A stretch of DNA of 64,000 nucleotides, taken from the NCBI GenBank assembly GCA_021513695.1, contig CP084166.1, positions 320,001-384,000 of the forward strand. The letters run 5' to 3'. This DNA is from Candidatus Heimdallarchaeum aukensis (GTDB taxonomy: Archaea; Asgardarchaeota; Heimdallarchaeia; Heimdallarchaeales; Heimdallarchaeaceae). The position numbers were made by a program, and so were the translations under genes. The notes under the pieces were generated by a model. That model had not been told where the DNA came from and made no database searches. It was given only the letters and a program-made list of their open reading frames with translations. This document shows positions 19,229 through 29,103 of this stretch, in pieces (position 1 is the stretch's first letter; every line of letters begins with the position of its first letter).

Positions 19229-22200
19229 TTAGTTTCTTTTTCTCTTTCTTAAAACTACAATTGGAATAAGTAATGTCAGTGCTGAAATGTACAACAAGTC
19301 TATAGATCCAACTCTTCTTGTTTTGTCTTGTCCACCAGTGTATATGTCTGCACCTGCACTTGATCCTGTTGAGGTAGAAGCTCCGTAATCTTCCCAATTA
19401 CTTGATTCAGCTTCTTGTGAAGAACCATCTAAAGCTTGGAAAACTTGAAGTGATTCCATTCCTCCTTCCTTATCTCCTTCAAGCTCGTTTTCAAATCTGC
19501 TATCATAAATTATTTCAGCTGCAGGGATGTAACAACCGTCAGATGTTAAGAATAACCAGTGCATTGTTAATGTAACTGAGTCTCCAGGATAAAGTGTTAT
19601 TCCTTCGACTCTAATGTAACCCATTCCAAAGTAAGTTCCGTTAGAAATACTGCCTTTTGTTGTCGTCTTGGATAACAATGAAAGTTCTGTTAGGTTATAG
19701 AATTGTGTGATAGTTATATGCGTTTCAGCATCTCCTACGTTCGTAATTGTAAGAGTTACTTCAATTTCCCAAGGTGCATTTTCAGGAATGATAATTTCTA
19801 CGCTTGTTTCAATATCAAGTACTGGTTGTGGGAAAGCAGGTCTACGTTCATTGGTTCGTGGTATCAATAAAGCCCAATCCATGTTGGATAAAACCCATTC
19901 ATGAGTTTGAGCAGCACCTTCAAATTCTGCTGTAATATTGGGTTCCCAGAAATTATAAACTGGAAGAGCTTCTTGTCCATAATCACTGTCAAATTCTACA
20001 ACAGCATAAACAGGATGAATACCCAAGAATGAGTTAGCATCTACTTGTACCTCAAAGTTATATTGAGTACCATTTTCAATTGTACCTATTTCTTCATAAT
20101 AGAACAAGTCAGGATCTTCAATTTGCCAATCATTACCCATTCTACCATGGAATAGATAAAGTTTGACATTTTCAGCGTTAATATCTCCCGTGTTTCTAAT
20201 ATAACCTGTAATAGTTACTGGGTCTCCAACTTTGTAACTTGTTTGGTTTAATTCTACATGTGCGTTAATGACAGCTTCATCGTCAGCAAGCTGGAAGTTT
20301 ATACCGTTACTGAAACCAAAGTACTCAAATCCTTCAGGGTCTTGATATCTAAATCTGGCTCCAACAGATAACCAAACATCAGCTTCTTCGTCATAGTAGC
20401 TAATCGGACGACCATAAGCTAGCTGTCCTGCATCATCAGCGAAACCAAGTATCATTTGCATCATTTCTAAATAGTTATGCTTTCGAGTAATCAGTTTTAC
20501 ACCATCAGAACCCTCTAGTTCTTCTCCTCTCATAACACCAAATTCCATACTTTGAGAGGTAACATTTTCTAGAGCCCAACTCAAATGAACAGTTTCATTT
20601 GGCGCAAGGCTGGGTATAACTGCTTCAAGGAAGTATTCTGTATGTTCTTGTCCCACAGGTCCTACAGTTCTTTCAATATATTCAAAGTCTTGTAAATTAG
20701 GATCAAAAAGTGTTTGCTCCTCATAGAGTGTTGCTTGTATTGCTACTACTGAATAAGCAATACCTGTCCATAAAGCTTCTCCATAATCGTTTATTAAGCT
20801 ATCAAGATCTTCTGCGATAATATAATCTGTTAGGTCAATTTGACTTAAGTAGTAGGCAACTAGAAACGTTAAGATTGTGTTTAAACCAGTTTCAGATTTT
20901 AGAGTTGCATTTACAGTTATTGAACCAGTTCCAGGAATTCCAAATGGAGTTGTATCAAATTCTTTGTAATCAAAATTAACTATTTGCTCTGTTGCGCTTT
21001 CGTTCCAGAAAGATAATTGACCATCAGTAATATTTCTGTACCATCCATCGAAAACTAAGACAGTTACATTGACATAAAAGTCTTCTAATCCTTCTAAAGA
21101 ACCACCAAAATCAATTAGTAAAGTAGCATTAGTTTTGCTGTAAAATTCTTCATCAATTGTAACATCATCTCTTAATTTGTAGATGGTTGGACTATTAACT
21201 ATCATATCAATAAAGTCAGGACCTAAAGGATAGCTTATAGTTATATTTTCTGCAGTTTCAGTTCCTGTGTTAGTTACTTCATAATTCATCTGAAGAATTC
21301 CGTCTTCATTCAATAATTCTTGATCATAATCCATGTTAACGCTTACTCTTGGTGAAGAAGCTAATTCTGCTTGGTTCATAGTATAAACTACTTCAAAATT
21401 ACCTGTCATATCTCTCAATTTCCATGGTACTTGCATTATCCAGTCCATTTTTCCTGAAATTTGTGGTGCAACATTGTTAGGTGTTGGTGTGATAGATGAA
21501 GCGTTTATCAAATATGGGAATCTGAATTTAAGAATACTATATTTAGTTACTCCTAGTTTATCATACACCTCTAAATCTGCTCCAAACAAATTATTTGTAG
21601 AAAGTGTATATTCTCCGTTTTCTTCAACTATGGCGCCAGGATCAACATAATAGATTCCTCTAAAGTAAGTAGCTGAACGAAAATCTTCGCCAATAAAGAC
21701 TGCCTTAACAGGAGATCCAGAAACATCAGTTGTTTCAATAGCTGAAGCATAACCGCTAGTTATGTCTCCTTTGATCTCATCTGTCAGAAGTTCTATTTGT
21801 TCATCTGTTGAACCACTTGAAAAGACATATAAATAGTCTCCCTTTTCTGTTGAAGATGCTCCAGCCCAATGTAATTCTAAATTGTAATGCTCATCAAATA
21901 GTTGAGCTATCCTTAAAGATTGATTAAGACTTCCATCTGTTCCTAAAGAACCATCAATTTCAAGCAAAAGAGTAGCATTATCAGGAGCTCTGAAAGGTCT
22001 TCTCAGTAGATAATCAGCGTATTCTGTTTGATCGCTAAGAATGAAAGCCCAACTGAGGACATCCTCAAATTCGCTAGATGATACTTTTAGAGGGTTAGTT
22101 CCTCCTAAAAGACTGAGTTTGACTAGTGCAGAGCTTTCAATTCCTGCTATTATTTTCATTTCTTCAATGAATAGCTCTCTGTCCATTCCTGTACTTCCAA

Positions 22201-22300
22201 ATCCAGAAGAAGAATAAACAAGAGCTTGTGTTGTTGAACTACTAACAACAAGTAACATAATTGGTAAAACTACCAAAAATAATGTCGCTTTTTTTTTCAT
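19229..22300 (-). CDS. large surface glycoprotein with CARDB-like repeats (S-layer/adhesin candidate), C-terminal TM anchor
   Basis: Signal peptide, many N-x-S/T sequons, three segments resembling CARDB domains (YEVTNTGTETAENITIS; ITGYIRNTGDINAENVKLYLF; TLTITNVGDAETHITI), C-terminal TM + LRKRKRN. Confidence 0.5.
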   Translation of the reverse strand: MKKKATLFLVVLPIMLLVVSSSTTQALVYSSSGFGSTGMDRELFIEEMKIIAGIESSALVKLSLLGGTNPLKVSSSEFEDVLSWAFILSDQTEYADYLLRRPFRAPDNATLLLEIDGSLGTDGSLNQSLRIAQLFDEHYNLELHWAGASSTEKGDYLYVFSSGSTDEQIELLTDEIKGDITSGYASAIETTDVSGSPVKAVFIGEDFRSATYFRGIYYVDPGAIVEENGEYTLSTNNLFGADLEVYDKLGVTKYSILKFRFPYLINASSITPTPNNVAPQISGKMDWIMQVPWKLRDMTGNFEVVYTMNQAELASSPRVSVNMDYDQELLNEDGILQMNYEVTNTGTETAENITISYPLGPDFIDMIVNSPTIYKLRDDVTIDEEFYSKTNATLLIDFGGSLEGLEDFYVNVTVLVFDGWYRNITDGQLSFWNESATEQIVNFDYKEFDTTPFGIPGTGSITVNATLKSETGLNTILTFLVAYYLSQIDLTDYIIAEDLDSLINDYGEALWTGIAYSVVAIQATLYEEQTLFDPNLQDFEYIERTVGPVGQEHTEYFLEAVIPSLAPNETVHLSWALENVTSQSMEFGVMRGEELEGSDGVKLITRKHNYLEMMQMILGFADDAGQLAYGRPISYYDEEADVWLSVGARFRYQDPEGFEYFGFSNGINFQLADDEAVINAHVELNQTSYKVGDPVTITGYIRNTGDINAENVKLYLFHGRMGNDWQIEDPDLFYYEEIGTIENGTQYNFEVQVDANSFLGIHPVYAVVEFDSDYGQEALPVYNFWEPNITAEFEGAAQTHEWVLSNMDWALLIPRTNERRPAFPQPVLDIETSVEIIIPENAPWEIEVTLTITNVGDAETHITITQFYNLTELSLLSKTTTKGSISNGTYFGMGYIRVEGITLYPGDSVTLTMHWLFLTSDGCYIPAAEIIYDSRFENELEGDKEGGMESLQVFQALDGSSQEAESSNWEDYGASTSTGSSAGADIYTGGQDKTRRVGSIDLLYISALTLLIPIVVLRKRKRN

Positions 22301-22568
22301 TTTTTATATATCCTCCAAAAATGTCTAAGAACCTTTATTATAATTTATTTTAAGACTTCTTTTAGTCTTAACTAGAAATTTTATTATTCGAGAAAATTCG
22401 AACTATAATTAAAAAACGTGAAAGAGCATTTTTTTGAAGGTTTTTTGCCTTACTCAAATAGATTACAAAAACTATCTTTTTGCATTCTCTAACTACATTC
22501 TAGAAATTTTCACTTTTGTGAAGATAAATTTTATAAAAGAGTAATATAGGCATTTATTTCACTTTACG

Positions 22569-23801
22569 GTGAATAGTATGAATAAAAAAATAGTTGTTTT
22601 TAAAATAATGTTATTAATTATACTATCAACTACTTTGGCTTCTATAAATTCTAACGCTGCACAGATTGATGATATACAAGCAGAAGTAGAGTTGAGTTCG
22701 ATGCAAGAAACAAACAATAACCAAAAAGAAATAACATTAGCTGATGATGGAACAAACAACCTTAACTATAACGGATTAGTGCCTGGAGATATTATCTTAC
22801 TCGGAACAGAAGGAACATTCTTTGATTATCTAATACCCGGAGAATTTAGTCATACTGAAATATTCTGCGGTTTTGTACAACCTGGGGAATATATTTGGGA
22901 TAGAGATAATCACGAATGGATGGCACCAGGAACTCCTTATGTTATTCATTCTACTAAAAGTGACAATGCTGGAAATGGAATAGGCTATTCTACATGGTCG
23001 GTAGGTGTAAACGAACATGCTGAAAATGCTGTAGCTATTAGAGTTAAAGGATTAACTGATAGTCAAAGACAACAAGCTGTTAACTGGATGAAAAGTTTTG
23101 CAGGCGATGGAACAAATCCTGAAGCTTATCCCTATGACTGGGGATGGACTTCAAAACAAATTTATGGTACAAATAGCATATCTGGAGTAAATGGATGGTA
23201 TTGTTCAGAACTTGCCTGGGCAGCATACAAAGACCTTTTTGGAATCGATCTTGATCCAGATGGTGATTCATGGAGTTGGACAACAGCCTATGGAGTAAGT
23301 CCAAGTGATTTATTCGAAGACAGCGACACTGAAGTAGTTATAACAGATGATTGGTCTGCAGAAGATTGCTATTATGTGAAAATCAATTTAGTGGGTATTT
23401 ATTATGAAGATGATTACGATCCATGGCCAAAAGGTGCAGGAGAAGAATATGTGAAATGGTTTGTCGGAGATGGATGGGGTGGAAGTGGATATGTGGTTAA
23501 TAATTTCTACGGAACAGTAAAAAGAGATGGAAGTGGATATATTTACTGGAAGGTAAATCTCGCTAATGTCCTTATTCCAAAAACTCATCCATTAAAAATA
23601 CGTGTAGAAGCTTGGGAAGAAGATAGTTGGCCTGATTCAGATGATCAATACCCTGTTTTCAATTGGTGGACTGACTATATGTTAGATTTTGTTAATACCG
23701 GTTGGTGGTGGTGGAACTACGTCGATTTAGGTGATGCTCGTTATTGTATAGAATTTAGTATAAGTACATCTCCAATTGGTACAAGTCCTAATGGTGTTTA
23801 G
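22569..23801 (+). CDS. secreted permuted papain-fold amidase/peptidase (YiiX/C92-like) with Trp/Asp-rich C-terminal domain
   Basis: Signal peptide; order GDIILLG ... FSHTEIF ... WYCSELAWAAY matches the His-before-Cys permuted papain arrangement of YiiX/YaeF family; C-terminal half rich in W/D/G incl. WWWW. Confidence 0.45.
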   Translation: MNSMNKKIVVFKIMLLIILSTTLASINSNAAQIDDIQAEVELSSMQETNNNQKEITLADDGTNNLNYNGLVPGDIILLGTEGTFFDYLIPGEFSHTEIFCGFVQPGEYIWDRDNHEWMAPGTPYVIHSTKSDNAGNGIGYSTWSVGVNEHAENAVAIRVKGLTDSQRQQAVNWMKSFAGDGTNPEAYPYDWGWTSKQIYGTNSISGVNGWYCSELAWAAYKDLFGIDLDPDGDSWSWTTAYGVSPSDLFEDSDTEVVITDDWSAEDCYYVKINLVGIYYEDDYDPWPKGAGEEYVKWFVGDGWGGSGYVVNNFYGTVKRDGSGYIYWKVNLANVLIPKTHPLKIRVEAWEEDSWPDSDDQYPVFNWWTDYMLDFVNTGWWWWNYVDLGDARYCIEFSISTSPIGTSPNGV

Positions 23802-23880
23802 AAAACAATTTTCTAAAATTTCTTTTTTCCTTTTATTCTTTTTTTTGATAAAATTTAATAAATAGCATAATACTGCAAAA

Positions 23881-25368
23881 TTGATGTTTCCAAAAGAAAA
23901 AATAGAAGATGAACAAGAAAACAACTTTGATAAAACAGATGCAGAAAAATTAGAATTTATCAGTTCTCAAGAAAATAAAGAACTTGTTTCTGATTCTGCA
24001 AAACTTAAAGTAAAACGAATAATCTCAATAGACGCTTTACGAGGAGGAGCAGTTGTAGGAATGATTTTTGTTCATTCTCTAATGCGTATCTACGATTATA
24101 CTTGGATTTCTAAGAATCCAGAAGTAATAAGCTCTTTACCTTTATGGTTGATTGTAATAATTGCAATTATGGGCTATTTAGGAATGTGGATTTCATTCTT
24201 TATCTTTTTATCCAGTATAGTTAATTCTTACAATATGACAATAAAAACCACTAAAGACAAAAAACCTTGGAAACAGCTAAAAAATCAGCTTTTTGCAGGT
24301 TTTACAATCCTATGCGTTTCTTATTTAAGAGAAGCATTAATAGGTTATTATGGTATTTTTGGACGTATTATTAGATACGGAAAAGTAACTAGTTTTTCCA
24401 TTCTGTTTGATGCTCTCTACATAATGAAACCTTTGAGTGCTATTGGGTGGTCAGTTATTATTGGAAGTTTAATTCATGCTTTTTTATTAATGAATAAAGG
24501 ATATGAAAAGAAATATCGTAATTTAATTATTTATTTATTATTGTTTATTATTGCTGTCTCTATTACCCCATTTGTTTATGATTGGGGTGTTAAAGTAGCA
24601 TCTAGTGGAAAGATAAATTTTAGCTATATTTTGGCTAGTTTTATCAGTGGAACTGTTGGAGGAGATACAGATCCCTTGTTACCCTATTTAGGAACAGTTT
24701 TTGTAGGTAACTCAATTGGAATGTTTCTTGCACAAAAAGAACCTCCCAAAAGACTTCCTTTAATTGGAAGTTTTTTTGCACTTTTCTTAGTTATTGTTTC
24801 TATAATCATGATAATACTCGGTGTCGCAGTTAATTTTCCAAACACAATATTTAGAAAACCTCCTGAAGTTCCCATATATTTGTTTCTACTTTCAGGTCAA
24901 ATAGGATTAACTATGTTTTTGTTGCGTTTCGTAGAATATGAGGGTAAAATGGTAAAGTTCGGGAATAATTGGTTAATAAAAAAACTGAGACTATGGTCAA
25001 TGGTTTCATTAACACTCTTTGTGCTGGATGTTTATGATTTTGTACCAAGAGCATTTCTCTCTTTGATTTTAATACCTTTCAAAATAGATTTGCTACGTGA
25101 TCACATATTCAGGGGTATAACTGGTTTTTATTATACTATTTCAATTGCTGTGTTTAATGTATTATGGTTTGATTTTACTTTAAAGCTTTGGTCAAGGTAT
25201 AATTTTGTTGGAAGCTTTGAATGGATGATAATTAAATTACAAAAAATTATTCTTAAAAAGAGAACGACAAAACTTGATGTTACATTTATCTTTTCTAATA
25301 AAGAATGGTATGGAAAGGAAACTGTAGAAAGACAACAATCAACCAACTTTGTATCACAAATAGAATAA
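23881..25368 (+). CDS. polytopic membrane protein, DUF1624/HGSNAT-like acyltransferase family
   Basis: Motif RIISIDALRGGAVVGMIFVHS at first TM resembles the conserved start of heparan-alpha-glucosaminide N-acetyltransferase/DUF1624 proteins; ~11 TM helices. Confidence 0.4.
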   Translation: MMFPKEKIEDEQENNFDKTDAEKLEFISSQENKELVSDSAKLKVKRIISIDALRGGAVVGMIFVHSLMRIYDYTWISKNPEVISSLPLWLIVIIAIMGYLGMWISFFIFLSSIVNSYNMTIKTTKDKKPWKQLKNQLFAGFTILCVSYLREALIGYYGIFGRIIRYGKVTSFSILFDALYIMKPLSAIGWSVIIGSLIHAFLLMNKGYEKKYRNLIIYLLLFIIAVSITPFVYDWGVKVASSGKINFSYILASFISGTVGGDTDPLLPYLGTVFVGNSIGMFLAQKEPPKRLPLIGSFFALFLVIVSIIMIILGVAVNFPNTIFRKPPEVPIYLFLLSGQIGLTMFLLRFVEYEGKMVKFGNNWLIKKLRLWSMVSLTLFVLDVYDFVPRAFLSLILIPFKIDLLRDHIFRGITGFYYTISIAVFNVLWFDFTLKLWSRYNFVGSFEWMIIKLQKIILKKRTTKLDVTFIFSNKEWYGKETVERQQSTNFVSQIE

Positions 25369-25537
25369 TGTATTAATTAATTAGAATCGAATTGTTAATA
25401 CTCTAATTCTTACAATGGTTAGAACTCTTTTGATTTCAAATAGATCTAAAAAGTAATATCTATCTTTTGCTTGAAAATCAGATATTGAGATATCTTAAAT
25501 CATAAATAATTCATTTATAGGTAAAAGAATTTAGATA

Positions 25538-25960
25538 TTAAAAAATTATATTCAGAAGTTCAATGAATAGATCTTTTGAAAACTCTTGATTTACTACTGG
25601 AAAAGCAAAAACCCATTTTCCAGATTTTTCTAAACGAATTATCCTTGACTCAGATAAAATTTTTAGGTGATGTGAAACAGTAGATTGAGAAAGTTCTAGA
25701 AGAAACTCTATTTCACAAGAGCATCTAACTCCTGACATAATTAATTGAAGTATTGCTAGCCTAGTTTTGCTCCCTAAAGCTTTGAATACTTTTTCATATT
25801 CTAATACACTTCTTTCATTTATAAAATTACAAATCATGTCTTTTAGTTCTTTCAGTTTTTTTAGTCTATCTTCTTCTGTCTCAGGTATAATGCCAATTTC
25901 GGTTAGTTCACTTAATTTATTCTTAAGTTCTGTATCTGTTTTTTTATTGTAATTTTTCAT
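25538..25960 (-). CDS. arsR: ArsR/SmtB family metalloregulator
   Basis: Winged-helix core LGSKTRLAILQLIMSGVRCSCEIEFLLELSQSTVSHHLKILSESRIIRLEKSGKWVFA with metal-site Cys pair (CSC) at the position of the ArsR CVC motif; divergent from acr3. Confidence 0.75.
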   Translation of the reverse strand: MKNYNKKTDTELKNKLSELTEIGIIPETEEDRLKKLKELKDMICNFINERSVLEYEKVFKALGSKTRLAILQLIMSGVRCSCEIEFLLELSQSTVSHHLKILSESRIIRLEKSGKWVFAFPVVNQEFSKDLFIELLNIIF

Positions 25961-26142
25961 GATTTTAACCTTTGATTGCTATAATTGAAAATTGTACTTT
26001 TTAAATAAATATCTTTTCTATTTCAACCTTTTTCTGTTTTTTCATTTTTTAATTTGCTTTAAGCTTATTTTATCTCTTTTTAGCTTGATTATAACTAAGT
26101 ATGCTGCGATATATTTAAATACATCTATTTGAACAACCGCGT
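25961..26142. promoter_or_regulatory. divergent arsR/acr3 promoter region
   Basis: AT-rich 182-nt spacer with TATA-like TTTAAATA about 20-25 nt upstream of acr3 ATG and TTTAAATAAAT in arsR direction; expected ArsR operator location. Confidence 0.35.
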
Positions 26143-27174
26143 ATGAGTAGAAAAAATTTAGGACTATTAGATAAATATTTACCTATTTGGATAGGTTTAA
26201 CTATGGTTTTTGGAGTAATGTTAGGAAAATTTGCTCCTAAAGTAGCAGAAATAATAGACAGTGTTAAAATAGATACAGTATCTGTACCCATTGCTATAGG
26301 GCTTTTATGGATGATGTATCCTGTTTTAGCAAAAGTCAATTATGAAAAAATCCCCCAAGTGACAAGAGATTGGAAAGTATTTACTTATTCGATAATTCTT
26401 AACTGGGCAGTGGGACCATTTCTAATGTATGGGCTAGCAAAATTATTTTTGTCTAATTATCCAGAATATCAAATAGGTCTAATTATTGTTGGAATAGCTC
26501 GATGCATTGCAATGGTTCTTATCTGGAATTTACTTGCAGAAGGAGATAACGAAAAAGCAGCTATACTAGTTGCCCTAAATTCAGTTATGCAGATTTTCTT
26601 ATATTCCGTTTATGCTTATTTTCTAATTGGAACGCATATAAACATAACAATGTGGGATATTGCTAAAAATGTTCTAATTTATTTAGGTATTCCACTTTTA
26701 GCAGGTTTCTTAACTAGATTTATTCTCATTCGAGTAAAAGATCAAGAGTGGTATGACAATAAATTTATGCCTAAATTGTCTCCAACAGCAATGATTGGGC
26801 TACTCTTTACAATTGTCGTTATGTTTGCTATGCAAGGAGAGACTATAGTAGATAATCCTTTAGACATTCTAATTATAGCTGTTCCTTTAACTTTATACTT
26901 TCTAATAATGTTCTTGGCTAGCATTTTTTCTTCCAAACTCCTAGGCTTTAAATATAAAGACAGTGTCACAATCTCTTTTACAGCAGCAAGTAACAATTTC
27001 GAATTAGCTATTGCTGTTGCAGTAGGGTTATTTACTATTACATCAAAACAAGCTTTAGCAACAACTGTTGGACCTTTAATTGAAGTTCCTGTGTTATTAT
27101 CTCTTGTTTATTTTGCTAAATGGTCTAAGAGTTGGTTGTTCAAAGAAAAAGATGTATTAAATAAAAGTAAATGA
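26143..27174 (+). CDS. acr3: arsenite efflux transporter, ACR3 family
   Basis: N-terminus LDKYLPIWIGLTMVFGVMLGKFAP and conserved GIARCIAMVLIWN (essential Cys) typical of ACR3/ArsB(Acr3) permeases; 10 TM. Confidence 0.85.
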   Translation: MSRKNLGLLDKYLPIWIGLTMVFGVMLGKFAPKVAEIIDSVKIDTVSVPIAIGLLWMMYPVLAKVNYEKIPQVTRDWKVFTYSIILNWAVGPFLMYGLAKLFLSNYPEYQIGLIIVGIARCIAMVLIWNLLAEGDNEKAAILVALNSVMQIFLYSVYAYFLIGTHINITMWDIAKNVLIYLGIPLLAGFLTRFILIRVKDQEWYDNKFMPKLSPTAMIGLLFTIVVMFAMQGETIVDNPLDILIIAVPLTLYFLIMFLASIFSSKLLGFKYKDSVTISFTAASNNFELAIAVAVGLFTITSKQALATTVGPLIEVPVLLSLVYFAKWSKSWLFKEKDVLNKSK

Positions 27175-27246
27175 AATTGTTAATTTTACTTTTTTGTCTT
27201 TTTTTAAAAGCAAACCTATTTATAGGATTTTATTTCAAAAATATTT

Positions 27247-27687
27247 ATGTCTGAGAAACTTATTATTGAATTAGAAGAACTGCTTATTCCGTATGCTCTT
27301 GAAAGATTTAGTTTTCAGAATAATCCCGCTGCTCAAATGATTGCATCAAATCCTCTTTTTAAATCAATGATTAAGAAGACTCTAACTCAAGCTGAGAACT
27401 ATATATCTGAATTTGTTAGTTGGCTCTGCAAAGCATTTGTAAGAGTTATTGTGAGTACAGATAGTTCAATTAAATTATCTGACATTGCTTCAGTTATTTT
27501 AGCTGAATCTTATTTAATGATGGATCTTCCTCCGTATGGGTATGTCAGTTCATCAAAAGATGGAGACAAATCTGATGCAAAAGTAATGGTTGAAATAGAG
27601 GTGCATAGATGGTTTGTCTTTCTTGAAAACGAAGGTAAATTACCTGGAAGATACAATCGATTTACAGGTATTTACTCTACTAATTAA
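27247..27687 (+). CDS. hypothetical protein
   Basis: 146 aa soluble protein, no recognisable motif; sits inside arsenic islet. Confidence 0.3.
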   Translation: MSEKLIIELEELLIPYALERFSFQNNPAAQMIASNPLFKSMIKKTLTQAENYISEFVSWLCKAFVRVIVSTDSSIKLSDIASVILAESYLMMDLPPYGYVSSSKDGDKSDAKVMVEIEVHRWFVFLENEGKLPGRYNRFTGIYSTN

Positions 27688-27693
27688 CCATTT

Positions 27694-28278
27694 TTATTTT
27701 GTTGCTTCAAAAATAAATGTTGATTTGTTAGGTCTTTTTATATTTATGTCTTCAAAAGGATGATTTTTAACCATTTCTTCAAGTTCGAAAGGAGTAAGGA
27801 ATTTACTCTTGAACATTAAAATTTTTTCAAAAAGAATAAGAAAGAAGTTCCAAAAGTAAGATCTATCATAATCACGAATAATTAGTTTACCTTGTTTACC
27901 TAAAACATAATAGCAATCATCTATTGTTTCTTTTTGTTCTCTTATGTGGTGTATAGTGTCATTTAGAAAGATTTTATTTACACTATTGTTTTTTAAAGGA
28001 ATTTTGTTTGATAATCCTTGAATTAAAAAGAGAGATTTTGAAGATTTTTTAGCTTGTTTTAGCATTTCAATTGATCTTTCAAGTATGATACACTGGTTTA
28101 CTTCCTTTTCTAAAATTTTAGAAGCTCTTCCTGTTCCACCACCAATATCAAGCAAAATATCATTTTGATTTAAGTCTAAATATTCTTTTAAAGAATGGTA
28201 GTCAAAATCACCAATTAATTTATCGTAATAACTTGCGATTCTTGAAAACAAATCTTTTTTCTTTTTTTTCTTTGACAT
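27694..28278 (-). CDS. class I SAM-dependent methyltransferase (Methyltransf_11-like)
   Basis: Motif I LLDIGGGTGRAS, post-I acidic residue, motif II/III spacing typical of small UbiE-like MTases; N-terminal K7 run; lacks ArsM Cys triad. Confidence 0.65.
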   Translation of the reverse strand: MSKKKKKKDLFSRIASYYDKLIGDFDYHSLKEYLDLNQNDILLDIGGGTGRASKILEKEVNQCIILERSIEMLKQAKKSSKSLFLIQGLSNKIPLKNNSVNKIFLNDTIHHIREQKETIDDCYYVLGKQGKLIIRDYDRSYFWNFFLILFEKILMFKSKFLTPFELEEMVKNHPFEDINIKRPNKSTFIFEATK

Positions 28279-28353
28279 ATTCTCTATTTACAATCTAATC
28301 AAGATATTTTAATTTATTTTGTTTTACTAATTTTCAAAAAATAAAAATAGAAA

Positions 28354-29103
28354 TTAACTGAAAAAGTCGTCATCATCTCTTTCTTGAATATCTCCAGGTC
28401 TAATAACTGGTTCAACTTTATATACAACTTTTCCTTTCCAATAGTATTCTCCTGTTTTATAGATTGGGTTTTTCCTTATATAAGCTAAAGTGCTTCTTGG
28501 TATTCCAAACTTGTTTGAAATCGTACTCATAGTAGCATTATCCTCGAACATTTGAAAGATCTCAATTAACTTTGGTCTCATCTCTTCATCAACTATAAGT
28601 TTTCCATTTTCAATTTTATAGCCTAATGGAGGTCTAGACATTATCTTTTGTTCTCCAATTCTTCGTTTAATACCATATTTCCTTTTTTCTCTATACTTTT
28701 TCAGTTCTTCTTCTCCTAAAATATCATAAATTCTAGTAACGAGTTGTTCTTGAGACTCTTCAGTTGCTCTAATTTCTACTCCCATGCTTCTTAGAATAAC
28801 AGTAGCGTAACCCAACATGTCTACTTGCCTTGAAATTCTATCTCTTGTTTGAACCCAAACTTCTCTTATTGGATCACCAGCATTATTCTTATTGTAAGTT
28901 CTAATGAATTCTAGCATCTTCTTGAAACCTGGTCTCTCTTCTACGTGACTATCACCACTCACTTCTTCATCAATAAAAGTTTCAATAACATGTCTATATC
29001 CAACTGACTTAATTTTTTGTCTAATTACTTCTTCTTGTGTACCTAATCCTGATTCTTGGTCTGCTGTACTCACTCTTAGATAACAAACAACATTAACATG
29101 CAT
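28354..29103 (-). CDS. serine recombinase (resolvase/invertase catalytic domain + partial large-serine-recombinase domain)
   Basis: N-terminal YLRVSTADQ with catalytic Ser, resolvase fold through ~aa 140, then SRPPLGYKIENGKLIVDEEMRP resembling start of the 'recombinase' domain; only 249 aa. Confidence 0.7.
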   Translation of the reverse strand: MHVNVVCYLRVSTADQESGLGTQEEVIRQKIKSVGYRHVIETFIDEEVSGDSHVEERPGFKKMLEFIRTYNKNNAGDPIREVWVQTRDRISRQVDMLGYATVILRSMGVEIRATEESQEQLVTRIYDILGEEELKKYREKRKYGIKRRIGEQKIMSRPPLGYKIENGKLIVDEEMRPKLIEIFQMFEDNATMSTISNKFGIPRSTLAYIRKNPIYKTGEYYWKGKVVYKVEPVIRPGDIQERDDDDFFS

